A stretch of 64,000 bases of DNA, from positions 509 to 64,508 of IMG/VR virus record IMGVR_UViG_3300030117_003223. One strand, 5' to 3'. The notes below the pieces were generated by a model. That model saw nothing but the letters and a program-made list of their open reading frames with translations. It ran no database searches and was not told where the DNA came from. Below are positions 9,119 to 17,656 of the stretch, one piece after another; position 1 is the first letter of the stretch; each line of letters starts with the position of its first letter. Both the position numbers and the translations under genes were made by a program. This DNA comes from a virus (taxonomy: Duplodnaviria > Caudoviricetes).

Positions 9119-9775
9119 TTAAAGTCTTTTAAGAAACTTTGCAAAAGCAAGTGCTTTCCGCGATTCATCAAGTCTTGCTTGTTTTGCATCAAATTCCTTG
9201 TTCATCTCAACCAATTCTGCTTCAAGTAGAGCACCGTTGTTCCAGACCCATTCTTTTCCCTCCATAATACCCTCTACGAAAGCATTAGGAGCAGATGGGT
9301 CAGCAACGATATCAGCGGCTGTCGCAAGATAAAAGTCGTCACGAACATAGTTTGCACCATTTTTCTGCTCTAGACTACCCATACCACGCGAAGAAACGCC
9401 AAGTTTAGCACCCTCGTCCATGAGATTCTTTACTATTTCACCCATCGGTGTTGACATAATCTTTGCCTCACCGATAAAGTTTTTGCCATCTGGCATCAGA
9501 CTCGTTATCATGTGTGAAACTCTTTCAAGGTTCACGGTAGGTCCGTCTGGATGACCTAATTCACCAAAAGCACGTTTCTCTTGGATGAAATTCTTGTTGT
9601 ATTTTTTAACTTCTTTTTCAAGCACCTCTTGTGGATAAACACGTCCGTTGCGGTTTTTAATATCCGCCTGCATGAAAATACCTTTTATCTTGTAATTCTT
9701 GTTACCGTCTTCTTTTTCTTCGCAGATATACTCTACTTCTTCCACGGCCTCTGAAAATAATCTTAGTGTCTCCAT
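9119..9775 (-). CDS. gp21: Prohead protease
   Basis: NRNGRVYP, GELGHP, GVSSRGMGS, DIVADPSAPNAFV. Confidence 0.96.
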   Translation of the reverse strand: METLRLFSEAVEEVEYICEEKEDGNKNYKIKGIFMQADIKNRNGRVYPQEVLEKEVKKYNKNFIQEKRAFGELGHPDGPTVNLERVSHMITSLMPDGKNFIGEAKIMSTPMGEIVKNLMDEGAKLGVSSRGMGSLEQKNGANYVRDDFYLATAADIVADPSAPNAFVEGIMEGKEWVWNNGALLEAELVEMNKEFDAKQARLDESRKALAFAKFLKRL

Positions 9776-9785
9776 TGCACTATCC

Positions 9786-10166
9786 TTATGTTATGTTGTC
9801 GTAACCTGATACTTTACGAAGTTTTAACCAAATAGTCCCTACTGATGCAGAACCATTTGTCAGTAATATATCACCTGTAACTCCAGAACCAGCGTTATTT
9901 GGTATTGCTGGAACACCGTCTCCAAAACCAACTTTTCCACTACCGTTTAGTGATAAAGCAACAACATCTGATGTTGCATCAAATAAAATATCTGTCGTTG
10001 TTGCAACAGACCAAGCACACCCTACAATTGAAGCTCGTGGATCAGTTGCAGCACCTTCAGCAGCAGACGCATCAAAAATACTAGCAGCACTATTGGTGCT
10101 TGTCGTAGTGATTTTCAAGAATACTTCAAAGTCAGAATCGACTATCTCTTGTACTACCAGTGCCAT
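9786..10166 (-). CDS. Hypothetical protein in head gene cluster
   Basis: 126-aa ORF with AGGAG RBS, co-oriented. Confidence 0.65.
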   Translation of the reverse strand: MALVVQEIVDSDFEVFLKITTTSTNSAASIFDASAAEGAATDPRASIVGCAWSVATTTDILFDATSDVVALSLNGSGKVGFGDGVPAIPNNAGSGVTGDILLTNGSASVGTIWLKLRKVSGYDNIT

Positions 10167-10176
10167 TGTTTAACTC

Positions 10177-10425
10177 CTATATGTTTAACATTTCACGTTC
10201 AAAGTACTTCATTAGGTCTTTTTCAGACACTTTGTACCGTTTAGAAACGTCTTTTATTGTTTTTTCAAAACTATTTAGGAAATCTGAAGGTTTTGCATCC
10301 ATAACTTTGAAGATAGAGTCAACAGCATCCTTCATCTTCGGAGACAGTTTTTTGTACTCCTTAGATTTCTTGTGTTCACCCTTTTCCATGACTGTCTGTT
10401 CATAGATATCTTCAATCCGTTTCAT
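10177..10425 (-). CDS. Small hypothetical protein (gp68 position)
   Basis: 82 aa between portal and gp21. Confidence 0.6.
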   Translation of the reverse strand: MKRIEDIYEQTVMEKGEHKKSKEYKKLSPKMKDAVDSIFKVMDAKPSDFLNSFEKTIKDVSKRYKVSEKDLMKYFEREMLNI

Positions 10426-10609
10426 CTATATCCACTTCCTGATCTTCAAGTTCTATTGCAGACTTTACAAAACTATTTGCAACCTCTCGCCGTTGCATTT
10501 CTAGTTTATCTCCAACTCGCGAAGCCATGTTGTCTTGAAAGATTCGCTCTGCCTCTACGTTATTTCCTGTTGTGATTGCATCAACTAATTCTCTTGAGTT
10601 ACTCATCAA
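10412..10609 (-). CDS. Small prohead core protein (gp67-like)
   Basis: 65-aa helical ORF right after portal, ELVDAI..G...A...F pattern. Confidence 0.6.
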   Translation of the reverse strand: MMSNSRELVDAITTGNNVEAERIFQDNMASRVGDKLEMQRREVANSFVKSAIELEDQEVDIDETD

Positions 10610-12219
10610 TTTCCTCCATCCTTTGGTGGTTCTTCATAGTCAGGCATCTGGTCTGGCGGAATAATACCACCACCACCATCCTGTGGATATCTTGTAATAC
10701 CATCACCACCATCTGGCATGTCAATGCCACCTTCAAGTGGGTCACTATTAAGTTCTTTTGTAATTTGGTCTCGCATCTCTGCGATATCTGCATCATTCAT
10801 ATTCAGAACACGTTTAAGCACATATTCCTTTGAGAAGAATGTTCCTATGTATGACTGAATACTATCTAGTGTTTGAATTCTGTCGTTAAGTAACTCTGCC
10901 TCTTTGAGTTCAGAGAAGTGACCGTCCTCTAAGAAGTCATACTGGATATGCTCTTGCATCATCGGCCAGTCTTCAGCAGATATAACTCCCTTCAATAGAA
11001 GGTTTGTTTTTAAGAGGTCTGTGAAAAGAGGCGTAAACTTCTTACGGATACGTTGTACGAATTTTGTGAATTTAAGTTCGTCTCTAGTGATTTCAGTTGT
11101 TCTACCGAGAGAGAACCCTTGCTCGGCTTCAAGTCGTGAAATCGGCACGTTAAGTGAACGGTATAGTTTCCGTTGGAAGTATACGATATCATCAATCTCT
11201 CCTAGATTAGACCCGCCAGGTAATGTTGTAATCTCTGTTCCTCGACCACCTTCTCGACGTGGTAGCCAGAAGTCCTCTAACATGCTCATGTGATTACGGT
11301 CATCACGTATCTCACCAGTGCTCGCATCATATACCAACTTGTTACGATAACGATTCATCACATCTTTGAGATATTGCTCTGCTTTAATTTTCGGTAAGTT
11401 ACCAACGTCAATATAAAATATTCTGCGCTCTGGTGCGCGAGAGATACGATAGATAACCAGTGCATCCTCAATCATACGTAACTGATTCACAGGTTTAATT
11501 GCTTTGTGAAGATACGAGAGCACCCGACCAGATGATGAATCTATTATTCCAGATGGACAATATGCGATAGCATCTTTAGCAATACGAATACCTTGTGAGG
11601 TTTCTTGGGAGTAACCACCCATACCAACAAACCCTTTCTCATTGTAAATAAAATATTCGTTAATGTCTTCAATCATATCAACGTTTGTCTTAGAATCTTT
11701 ATTCTTCTTTGTCTCACGAACCTTTTTAATTTTTGTTGGGTCAATATTTCTTATTTGTGTGATGCCTCTTTTAGGGTCACCAGCATCAATAACTTTGTGA
11801 TAGTAGAGGCGACCATCTACATACCAACGTCTAAAAATATCATGTCCTTTTACACCAAAGTCCAATAATCGCAGAACTTCATGAAACTCTGCACGAATTC
11901 TTTTCTTAATTTTTTCTGAATAAGGTAGACCATCCAATACGACTTGCACCGCTACATCTTTTGTATTTGCTACGATTGACTCGTTTACGATATCTTCAAT
12001 CGCGGCATCGCATTCTGCTTGCATTGAAATATCGCGATACCTTCTGATAAGGTCTACGTCTGAACGCTCACGTCCATCTGTACTGAGTACAGATGATAAA
12101 AATCCACCACCAGCAACTTCCATTGCTCCGTCATCAGAAGTGGGGGTAGTGAAAGTTCTTTCACCCCCCTCTACTTCTTTGGTGGCTCTTTGAATTTGAA
12201 ACCCAAAAAGTTGTGCCAT
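10606..12219 (-). CDS. gp20: Portal protein
   Basis: YLHKAIKPVNQLRMIEDALVIYRISRAPERRIFYIDVGNLP, EDFWLPRREGGRGTEITTLPGG. Confidence 0.98.
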   Translation of the reverse strand: MAQLFGFQIQRATKEVEGGERTFTTPTSDDGAMEVAGGGFLSSVLSTDGRERSDVDLIRRYRDISMQAECDAAIEDIVNESIVANTKDVAVQVVLDGLPYSEKIKKRIRAEFHEVLRLLDFGVKGHDIFRRWYVDGRLYYHKVIDAGDPKRGITQIRNIDPTKIKKVRETKKNKDSKTNVDMIEDINEYFIYNEKGFVGMGGYSQETSQGIRIAKDAIAYCPSGIIDSSSGRVLSYLHKAIKPVNQLRMIEDALVIYRISRAPERRIFYIDVGNLPKIKAEQYLKDVMNRYRNKLVYDASTGEIRDDRNHMSMLEDFWLPRREGGRGTEITTLPGGSNLGEIDDIVYFQRKLYRSLNVPISRLEAEQGFSLGRTTEITRDELKFTKFVQRIRKKFTPLFTDLLKTNLLLKGVISAEDWPMMQEHIQYDFLEDGHFSELKEAELLNDRIQTLDSIQSYIGTFFSKEYVLKRVLNMNDADIAEMRDQITKELNSDPLEGGIDMPDGGDGITRYPQDGGGGIIPPDQMPDYEEPPKDGGN

Positions 12220-12224
12220 AATAT

Positions 12225-12249
12225 CTCCTACTTTTAACTATTTAGTAGG
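12225..12249 (-). promoter_or_regulatory. Variant late promoter (ACTAAATA) inside an RBS-occluding hairpin for gp20
   Basis: CCTACT-11 nt-AGTAGG stem covers part of AGGAG. Confidence 0.5.
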
Positions 12250-12252
12250 TTC

Positions 12253-12786
12253 TTAGAAGTTCACGCCGGAAGCTTCAAAGTGTTGATATCTCCACGTTAC
12301 TTCAAATTCTTCAATCGCATCTGCCTGATCTGATGATAATTCAATCGCAGATGTTGATGTTGGCCATGCACTTCTAAAGATATATGTCTTCAGAACTGTA
12401 TCGTCACGATCTAACTGCTCTACTGTGAGGTCCGTCTGATAATCAGCAGGAGCAATCACACCAGTGTTGTCAGCAAGGTCGTTGATACCATTCATCCACA
12501 ATTCGATAGCAGTGCGAACCATAAAGTCAGTGTCATTCAAGAACGTGGTTGTCCACGTCTCATCGAATGTACGGTCACCAGCAATATAAATCTGCCTACC
12601 TCTAAATGGAACTGCAATTTCACCTAGAGTTTGTGCAGGGAGATTTGTACCACGAGCCAGAAATGATGCTCTACGAACATCAAGACCAATCGCTATGCCA
12701 GATGGTGGAGTTATTGTCACCCTAAACTGGTTTGCGCGAGCACCACCACCAATTAGGTTTGCTTTAAAATCGTCTATAAGTGCCAT
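12253..12786 (-). CDS. gp19: Tail tube protein
   Basis: GGGARANQF, VPFRGRQIYIAGDRTF, QLDR, IEEFEVTW. Confidence 0.95.
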   Translation of the reverse strand: MALIDDFKANLIGGGARANQFRVTITPPSGIAIGLDVRRASFLARGTNLPAQTLGEIAVPFRGRQIYIAGDRTFDETWTTTFLNDTDFMVRTAIELWMNGINDLADNTGVIAPADYQTDLTVEQLDRDDTVLKTYIFRSAWPTSTSAIELSSDQADAIEEFEVTWRYQHFEASGVNF

Positions 12787-12788
12787 GA

Positions 12789-14792
12789 TTAACCTCCTAC
12801 CTCAGTAAACGATACGCCTGTGCGAACCGCAATAAAGTTAAGTGTAATAAAGTTAATCGAGCGATTTGGTTTGATGAAGATATCTCCAACAAACTCATTA
12901 CGGTCAATTACCTCGCCGGTGTTGTTTGTACCATCAGCGACTACTTTAAAATCTATAAGTCCTCGCCTACCTTGCACATCACGAAGGAAAGGTTCAACTA
13001 AGTTACGAAACTGTGCGCGAGTAAACTCATCGTTAAACTCGAAGAGTTGGAACTTTGCAGCAGTTGCGATTGCTTTTTCCAGAACCAAGAACAACCGTCT
13101 TACGTTGATACGGTCAAACGCACTTGGTTTGGAGAGTGCGGTTTTGTCTCCAAAGAGAACCACACCTTGGCCTGGGAAGTCAACCACAGGGTTGACCCTC
13201 GCACGATATAGACGATCTCTTTCTGCCTTCGTTGGGTTGAAGGAGAGTTTAATCGCACCGCGAACATTACCGCGATTGTATCCAGCGGGAGAGAACCAAG
13301 GGTCTGCAACACCATCCGTATACGCACATAGACCAGCGGTATCCCCGTTTAATGGTACAAAACGGAACACATCGTTATACTTGTCATACATGTATTTGTA
13401 TCCACTATCGAACACTACGTAAGATGACGATGGACAAAGGTCAAACGCATCAATAACGTTGTCTGCCTGAGTGATGTTAGATGTAACGTTTACGGTAGCA
13501 GAGCGATATGGTGATACAAAAGCAACACAGTCTTTTCTCAACTCAACAAGGTCTGTAATCATTGTCACATGAGTATCCATCGCAGAAGCACTATCTGCAA
13601 CAGCAGAACTTGGACCACCCAACACCAAGTTAATGTCAAGTGACTCTGTGTCCTTAAACTTATCATATGCAAGTGCGAGTTCACCAGCCGTTACCGCATA
13701 ATCATCTGTTCCACTTGCTAGTGAATCTACAACAGGTGCGTTAACTGCCGTGTATGCTGAAGTCGTATCCGTACCCCAGTTAGAACCAGCAGATGTATGG
13801 TCCATCCAGTAAATGAACTCAGACTGACGATAGATTACATCAGGATAGTAGTTTGAACCACCTTGTGCAGTTTTTGCAATAGGATTTTTAGACATATTTG
13901 CAAATGTCTCTATCATCGCATTTTGACGATTACCAGCAGTGTCTACATCAAAACCAGTGATATCACCAGTTGTATCATAGACAGCAACATGAAGTTCATC
14001 ACCAGAACCGCGACCATTTTGAGTTGCCCAATCAGAAGTTCCAGGCGCACCATCGAAAAGGTCATAGAACCTCCATCGTCTACGAATGAAACTATTGTCT
14101 GGAATGATTGCCTTTAGTCCTTGACCATTTGGGTCACCGTCTAAACGAATCGTGAGGTCATGTGTGTTAATCGCAGTGATTTCATACTCGTTTCCTTCGT
14201 CACCACTATTAAATGTAAATGCTGTTGCATCTGAAGACGCATCGGCACTTGAGAAGGATATGAGGTCACCAACACTAAACGCAGTGCCATCATCAACTTT
14301 AACCGTTGTAGAACCTTTAGCATCCTCAGTAACAGTCTGGTTAGAAGAACCAAGGTTCTGTTCGTATGCAGTAGCATTTGCACATATCGAAACACCAATC
14401 GAGTTACCGTGAGTACCAGCGGTCCTCGCAGCCCATTCACCAACAGATGCCTGACCTGATGAGAATGATGACAGATAATGGTCTGTATCGCGAATAAGAA
14501 TGGCAGTCCCTTGAGCAACAGCATTTACAATGCCTGACTCTGCACGAACCACTCGTAGTGCATCACCATACTGCAAGAAGTTTGCAGCGGTGAAGAAAAA
14601 TTCAAAATTATCCCCTTGCGGTTTACCAAAAACCTTTACCAATTCATCCTCAGAAGAAATTGCTGTAACAGTAGATACTGGACCTTTTTCAAATGGTCCA
14701 GCAATCGCACCTATGGAAGTTGATACGGCGGGAACGACATTCGTAAGGTCAATTTCCTTAACTTGAACGCCGGGTGAAACTAAAAATCCCAT
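12789..14792 (-). CDS. gp18: Tail sheath protein
   Basis: SPGVQVKEIDLT, WFSPAGYNRG, AFDRINVRRLF, IKPNRSINFITLNF. Confidence 0.97.
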   Translation of the reverse strand: MGFLVSPGVQVKEIDLTNVVPAVSTSIGAIAGPFEKGPVSTVTAISSEDELVKVFGKPQGDNFEFFFTAANFLQYGDALRVVRAESGIVNAVAQGTAILIRDTDHYLSSFSSGQASVGEWAARTAGTHGNSIGVSICANATAYEQNLGSSNQTVTEDAKGSTTVKVDDGTAFSVGDLISFSSADASSDATAFTFNSGDEGNEYEITAINTHDLTIRLDGDPNGQGLKAIIPDNSFIRRRWRFYDLFDGAPGTSDWATQNGRGSGDELHVAVYDTTGDITGFDVDTAGNRQNAMIETFANMSKNPIAKTAQGGSNYYPDVIYRQSEFIYWMDHTSAGSNWGTDTTSAYTAVNAPVVDSLASGTDDYAVTAGELALAYDKFKDTESLDINLVLGGPSSAVADSASAMDTHVTMITDLVELRKDCVAFVSPYRSATVNVTSNITQADNVIDAFDLCPSSSYVVFDSGYKYMYDKYNDVFRFVPLNGDTAGLCAYTDGVADPWFSPAGYNRGNVRGAIKLSFNPTKAERDRLYRARVNPVVDFPGQGVVLFGDKTALSKPSAFDRINVRRLFLVLEKAIATAAKFQLFEFNDEFTRAQFRNLVEPFLRDVQGRRGLIDFKVVADGTNNTGEVIDRNEFVGDIFIKPNRSINFITLNFIAVRTGVSFTEVGG

Positions 14793-14797
14793 CTTTT

Positions 14798-14846
14798 TAC
14801 TCCTTTATAAAGAGTTGTTATCTCTAAAGATATTTATAAAAAAGTA
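14798..14846 (-). promoter_or_regulatory. Late promoter (14831-14838) overlapping an RBS-occluding stem for gp18
   Basis: TATAAATA; TACTTTTTTATAAA pairs with TTTATAAAGGAGTA. Confidence 0.7.
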
Positions 14847-14881
14847 GTTTTGCAGGATGTTAATTTATAAGTGTTATATCA

Positions 14882-14889
14882 TATAAATA
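14882..14889 (+). promoter_or_regulatory. T4-type late promoter, divergent from gp18
   Basis: TATAAATA 5 nt before ATG 14895. Confidence 0.7.
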
Positions 14890-14894
14890 GAATT

Positions 14895-15194
14895 ATGAAT
14901 GAACACTATGAGAAATACAAGGATACAATTAAGAAAGTATCTAGGAGAAACTATCAGAAGCGTAAGATACTTCTGGAAGAGTTTCTAGTTGATAAATCTT
15001 GTAGACACTGTGGTGAATCTGAACATGTGTGTCTGAAGTTTTATCCTCATGATGCAGAAATACGCAAGGTATCCAAAAGAGTTGGGACAAGTGATGAAAG
15101 TCGAAAGGAGGTCTTTCACCTTATAGACCAATCAGTTATCCTTTGTTACAACTGTTATATCAAGAAACACCACGATTTAATTGAGTTTTTTTAA
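14895..15194 (+). CDS. Degenerate HNH-like zinc-finger protein
   Basis: CRHCG...LKFYPH...LCYNCYIKKH; spacing of short phage HNH proteins but His positions altered. Confidence 0.6.
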   Translation: MNEHYEKYKDTIKKVSRRNYQKRKILLEEFLVDKSCRHCGESEHVCLKFYPHDAEIRKVSKRVGTSDESRKEVFHLIDQSVILCYNCYIKKHHDLIEFF

Positions 15195-15371
15195 CTGTCG
15201 AGATAACTCTTCTGCCTCTTTATAAAGTTTTGCTTGTTTAAGTTCTCCTATGGCCCGAGAGTATCCTAACCTAACCGAAGATTTCCAAGTAAAGTTTAAC
15301 ACACCCTTTACAAATTCGTTAACTGATTCACATATATCACAAGCAAAGTGTACGACTGTCATCGTTGACAT
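15177..15371 (-). CDS. Small hypothetical protein
   Basis: 64 aa, strong AGGAG RBS. Confidence 0.65.
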   Translation of the reverse strand: MSTMTVVHFACDICESVNEFVKGVLNFTWKSSVRLGYSRAIGELKQAKLYKEAEELSRQLKKLN

Positions 15372-15497
15372 TTATTTCTCCTACTGTCTGAAATTTTGCA
15401 ATGCAACATGCATTACACTACTATATATACGCGAGTCATGTAAAAATGGTATGACTATATAATATAGCACCTCTGCAATTTTAGTAGGAATAATAAA

Positions 15498-16037
15498 ATG
15501 GTAATAGAGTATTGTGGACATACCTACCTTCATGAAAAAATATATGAAGAATGTAAAAAATATACCAAATGGTCAGCTTCACACGAAGCATCAAAATTTT
15601 CTGACGAATTAAAATTTAGACTTACAACATTATCTGGTGCTTCTATGGACAGGTGGGAGTATTTAGAAAAAACAAGATATCCATCTAAACCTAGTGAGTA
15701 TTGGTGGACTGTTCCCCAAGAAGAAGACTTTCCGACAATTCACAAATTTATGAAATCATTCCCAAAGTATGTAAATCCAGTTGTAAGTAAACTAGGAATT
15801 AACTGTGAAGTACCACCTCATGATCATGGTCCACAACATCAGTGGTTATTTAATATGTCAATAAATGAACCAGAGGGTTCTAAAACTGTGATAGGTGATA
15901 CTGTTATTCCCTATAAGCCAGGAGACATATACAAACTATATGTGCATAACAACCACTATGTGTTAAATGGAAATGAAATCAGATACCATGTTTTGTTTAG
16001 AGGTGGGCGATATACTGAGTCCAATCGAAGTCATTAA
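15498..16037 (+). CDS. Asp/Asn beta-hydroxylase-like 2OG-Fe(II) oxygenase
   Basis: VPPHDH, FNMSINEPEG, H.VLNGNEIRYHV. Confidence 0.7.
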   Translation: MVIEYCGHTYLHEKIYEECKKYTKWSASHEASKFSDELKFRLTTLSGASMDRWEYLEKTRYPSKPSEYWWTVPQEEDFPTIHKFMKSFPKYVNPVVSKLGINCEVPPHDHGPQHQWLFNMSINEPEGSKTVIGDTVIPYKPGDIYKLYVHNNHYVLNGNEIRYHVLFRGGRYTESNRSH

Positions 16038-17127
16038 AGTTCTCCTCTGTTATAACCGTCCCATCTTCAATAACTGCCATAACCCTAAAAGGGTCCATTT
16101 TTTCTTTGCGTATTCTTACACCACTACAAACTTTTGGTATTTCGTATGAAAGATATCTATCACCAGTTAACTTGTAAACATGATCTCTCATTCCCATCTT
16201 GTCTTTTTTGTAGTGTTTTTGACTAGGTGCATCTGGAGCAACTCCCGTATCATACCAATCACCATATCCTGTGTGAGTTAAATCATGGTATATCATATCA
16301 CCAGAAAGTGCATAATTACACAACCACCTCTCTATAGATTTTGACATAAAGAATGGTTTGAAGTGATTAGGGTTCATCCAATCTCCTTGAAAATTTGCTA
16401 CATATCTCCACGAGTTATTATTACAGTATCTACGTTTAACTTCCCAACTATCGTGCCATGATGCATCACCATCCCAACTATCTGGATTTGCATTTTTTGG
16501 TAAGACCCCCCTTCCTCCAAAGGGAGACTTCCCTCCCCACATAGCATCACACTCAGAGGTGCCACACATAACATGTTCATCTGGTTTTGTTAGACTATAC
16601 ATCTTCTCCTTTGTGCCCTCTTCATCCCATACAAAGTCTATTCTACCTTTTATTATTTTTTCATATACGTCTGGAGACTCCATAAATCCACTAGCGATAA
16701 CACGAAGTTGTTTGTGAGCACCTAACTCATTGAATGTAAAAAGAACAGAGTTGCTATCAAACCCACCTGACCAACAAAGGTCTATAGTTTTTCCTTGGTC
16801 TATCATATCTTGAGCGGTCTCAAACATACAGTCTGAAAAATCTTTCTCAGGATATTTCTGACATGGAACCCAATCATTTAGAGTTTTCGCATTATACAAA
16901 AATTTATCTTCACCGGCTCTATCTATTACACAACCATGACTATATAAATTTTGTGCTGAAAAACCACCAGTTTTGGTTCCCTGACCCGCTCGCTGTAATA
17001 TGTCCTCAATATCATATGAGATATCATACCACTCTTGCAAGAATAAAGGATGTTTATCCTCTATGAAGTCCTCTATTTTTCGAGAGAATACATCATTATA
17101 GAATAGCAAATTATTTTTCGTAGTCAT
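15997..17127 (-). CDS. Asparagine-synthetase-like PP-loop ATP pyrophosphatase (no glutaminase domain)
   Basis: IDLCWSGGFDS, GTSECDAMWG, KMGMRD. Confidence 0.7.
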   Translation of the reverse strand: MTTKNNLLFYNDVFSRKIEDFIEDKHPLFLQEWYDISYDIEDILQRAGQGTKTGGFSAQNLYSHGCVIDRAGEDKFLYNAKTLNDWVPCQKYPEKDFSDCMFETAQDMIDQGKTIDLCWSGGFDSNSVLFTFNELGAHKQLRVIASGFMESPDVYEKIIKGRIDFVWDEEGTKEKMYSLTKPDEHVMCGTSECDAMWGGKSPFGGRGVLPKNANPDSWDGDASWHDSWEVKRRYCNNNSWRYVANFQGDWMNPNHFKPFFMSKSIERWLCNYALSGDMIYHDLTHTGYGDWYDTGVAPDAPSQKHYKKDKMGMRDHVYKLTGDRYLSYEIPKVCSGVRIRKEKMDPFRVMAVIEDGTVITEENFNDFDWTQYIAHL

Positions 17128-17656
17128 ATCTATCAAAGTCAACCTTAAATCTATCGTAGACTATGTTCTTCAAATCTTCTGTATAATACTTATGCCACTC
17201 ATCGTGTTCTGTTGCGTTGTGTTTGGTATCTGAAAAACTAAATCCAACAAAATCTTCCATCTCTTCTAAATCAGTCTCCAACTTAAAAGTTCTTATACCT
17301 TGGTCCGTCCAGTAATGTTGTGGCCACCATCTATGCCAAAGACCTCCTCTGCTTGATATAAATTTATCACCAGAGGTCTCTGGTTGTCTGAACAAATCTT
17401 GAACAACAAACTCCTCAAATGTATATTCCCAAGATTGTAGTTTAGTTGCCCAAAAGAAAAAACTTAAATATCGGGAGTATGGATTTCTAACAATTCCAAT
17501 CCAAGGCACACTTACCTCTGGAAAACAGTCTGGTGGATTATGTCTTGATATGTTGTTAAATTTTTTATCTGGTTTGTGTGGACTACGTGTGGTAAAGTTA
17601 GTGCCACCATTTTTAGGAATATGACAGAACGCCCACTTGTCAGTTTCTATCACCAA
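17111..17656 (-). CDS. Sulfotransferase (Sulfotransfer_2-like)
   Basis: FCHIPKNGGT, VRNPYSRYLS, YY...KNIVYDRF..DF. Confidence 0.85.
   Translation of the reverse strand: MVIETDKWAFCHIPKNGGTNFTTRSPHKPDKKFNNISRHNPPDCFPEVSVPWIGIVRNPYSRYLSFFFWATKLQSWEYTFEEFVVQDLFRQPETSGDKFISSRGGLWHRWWPQHYWTDQGIRTFKLETDLEEMEDFVGFSFSDTKHNATEHDEWHKYYTEDLKNIVYDRFKVDFDRYDYEK

Noticed and set aside
12820-13422. 200-aa plus-strand ORF
   Set aside because: Antisense shadow of gp18.
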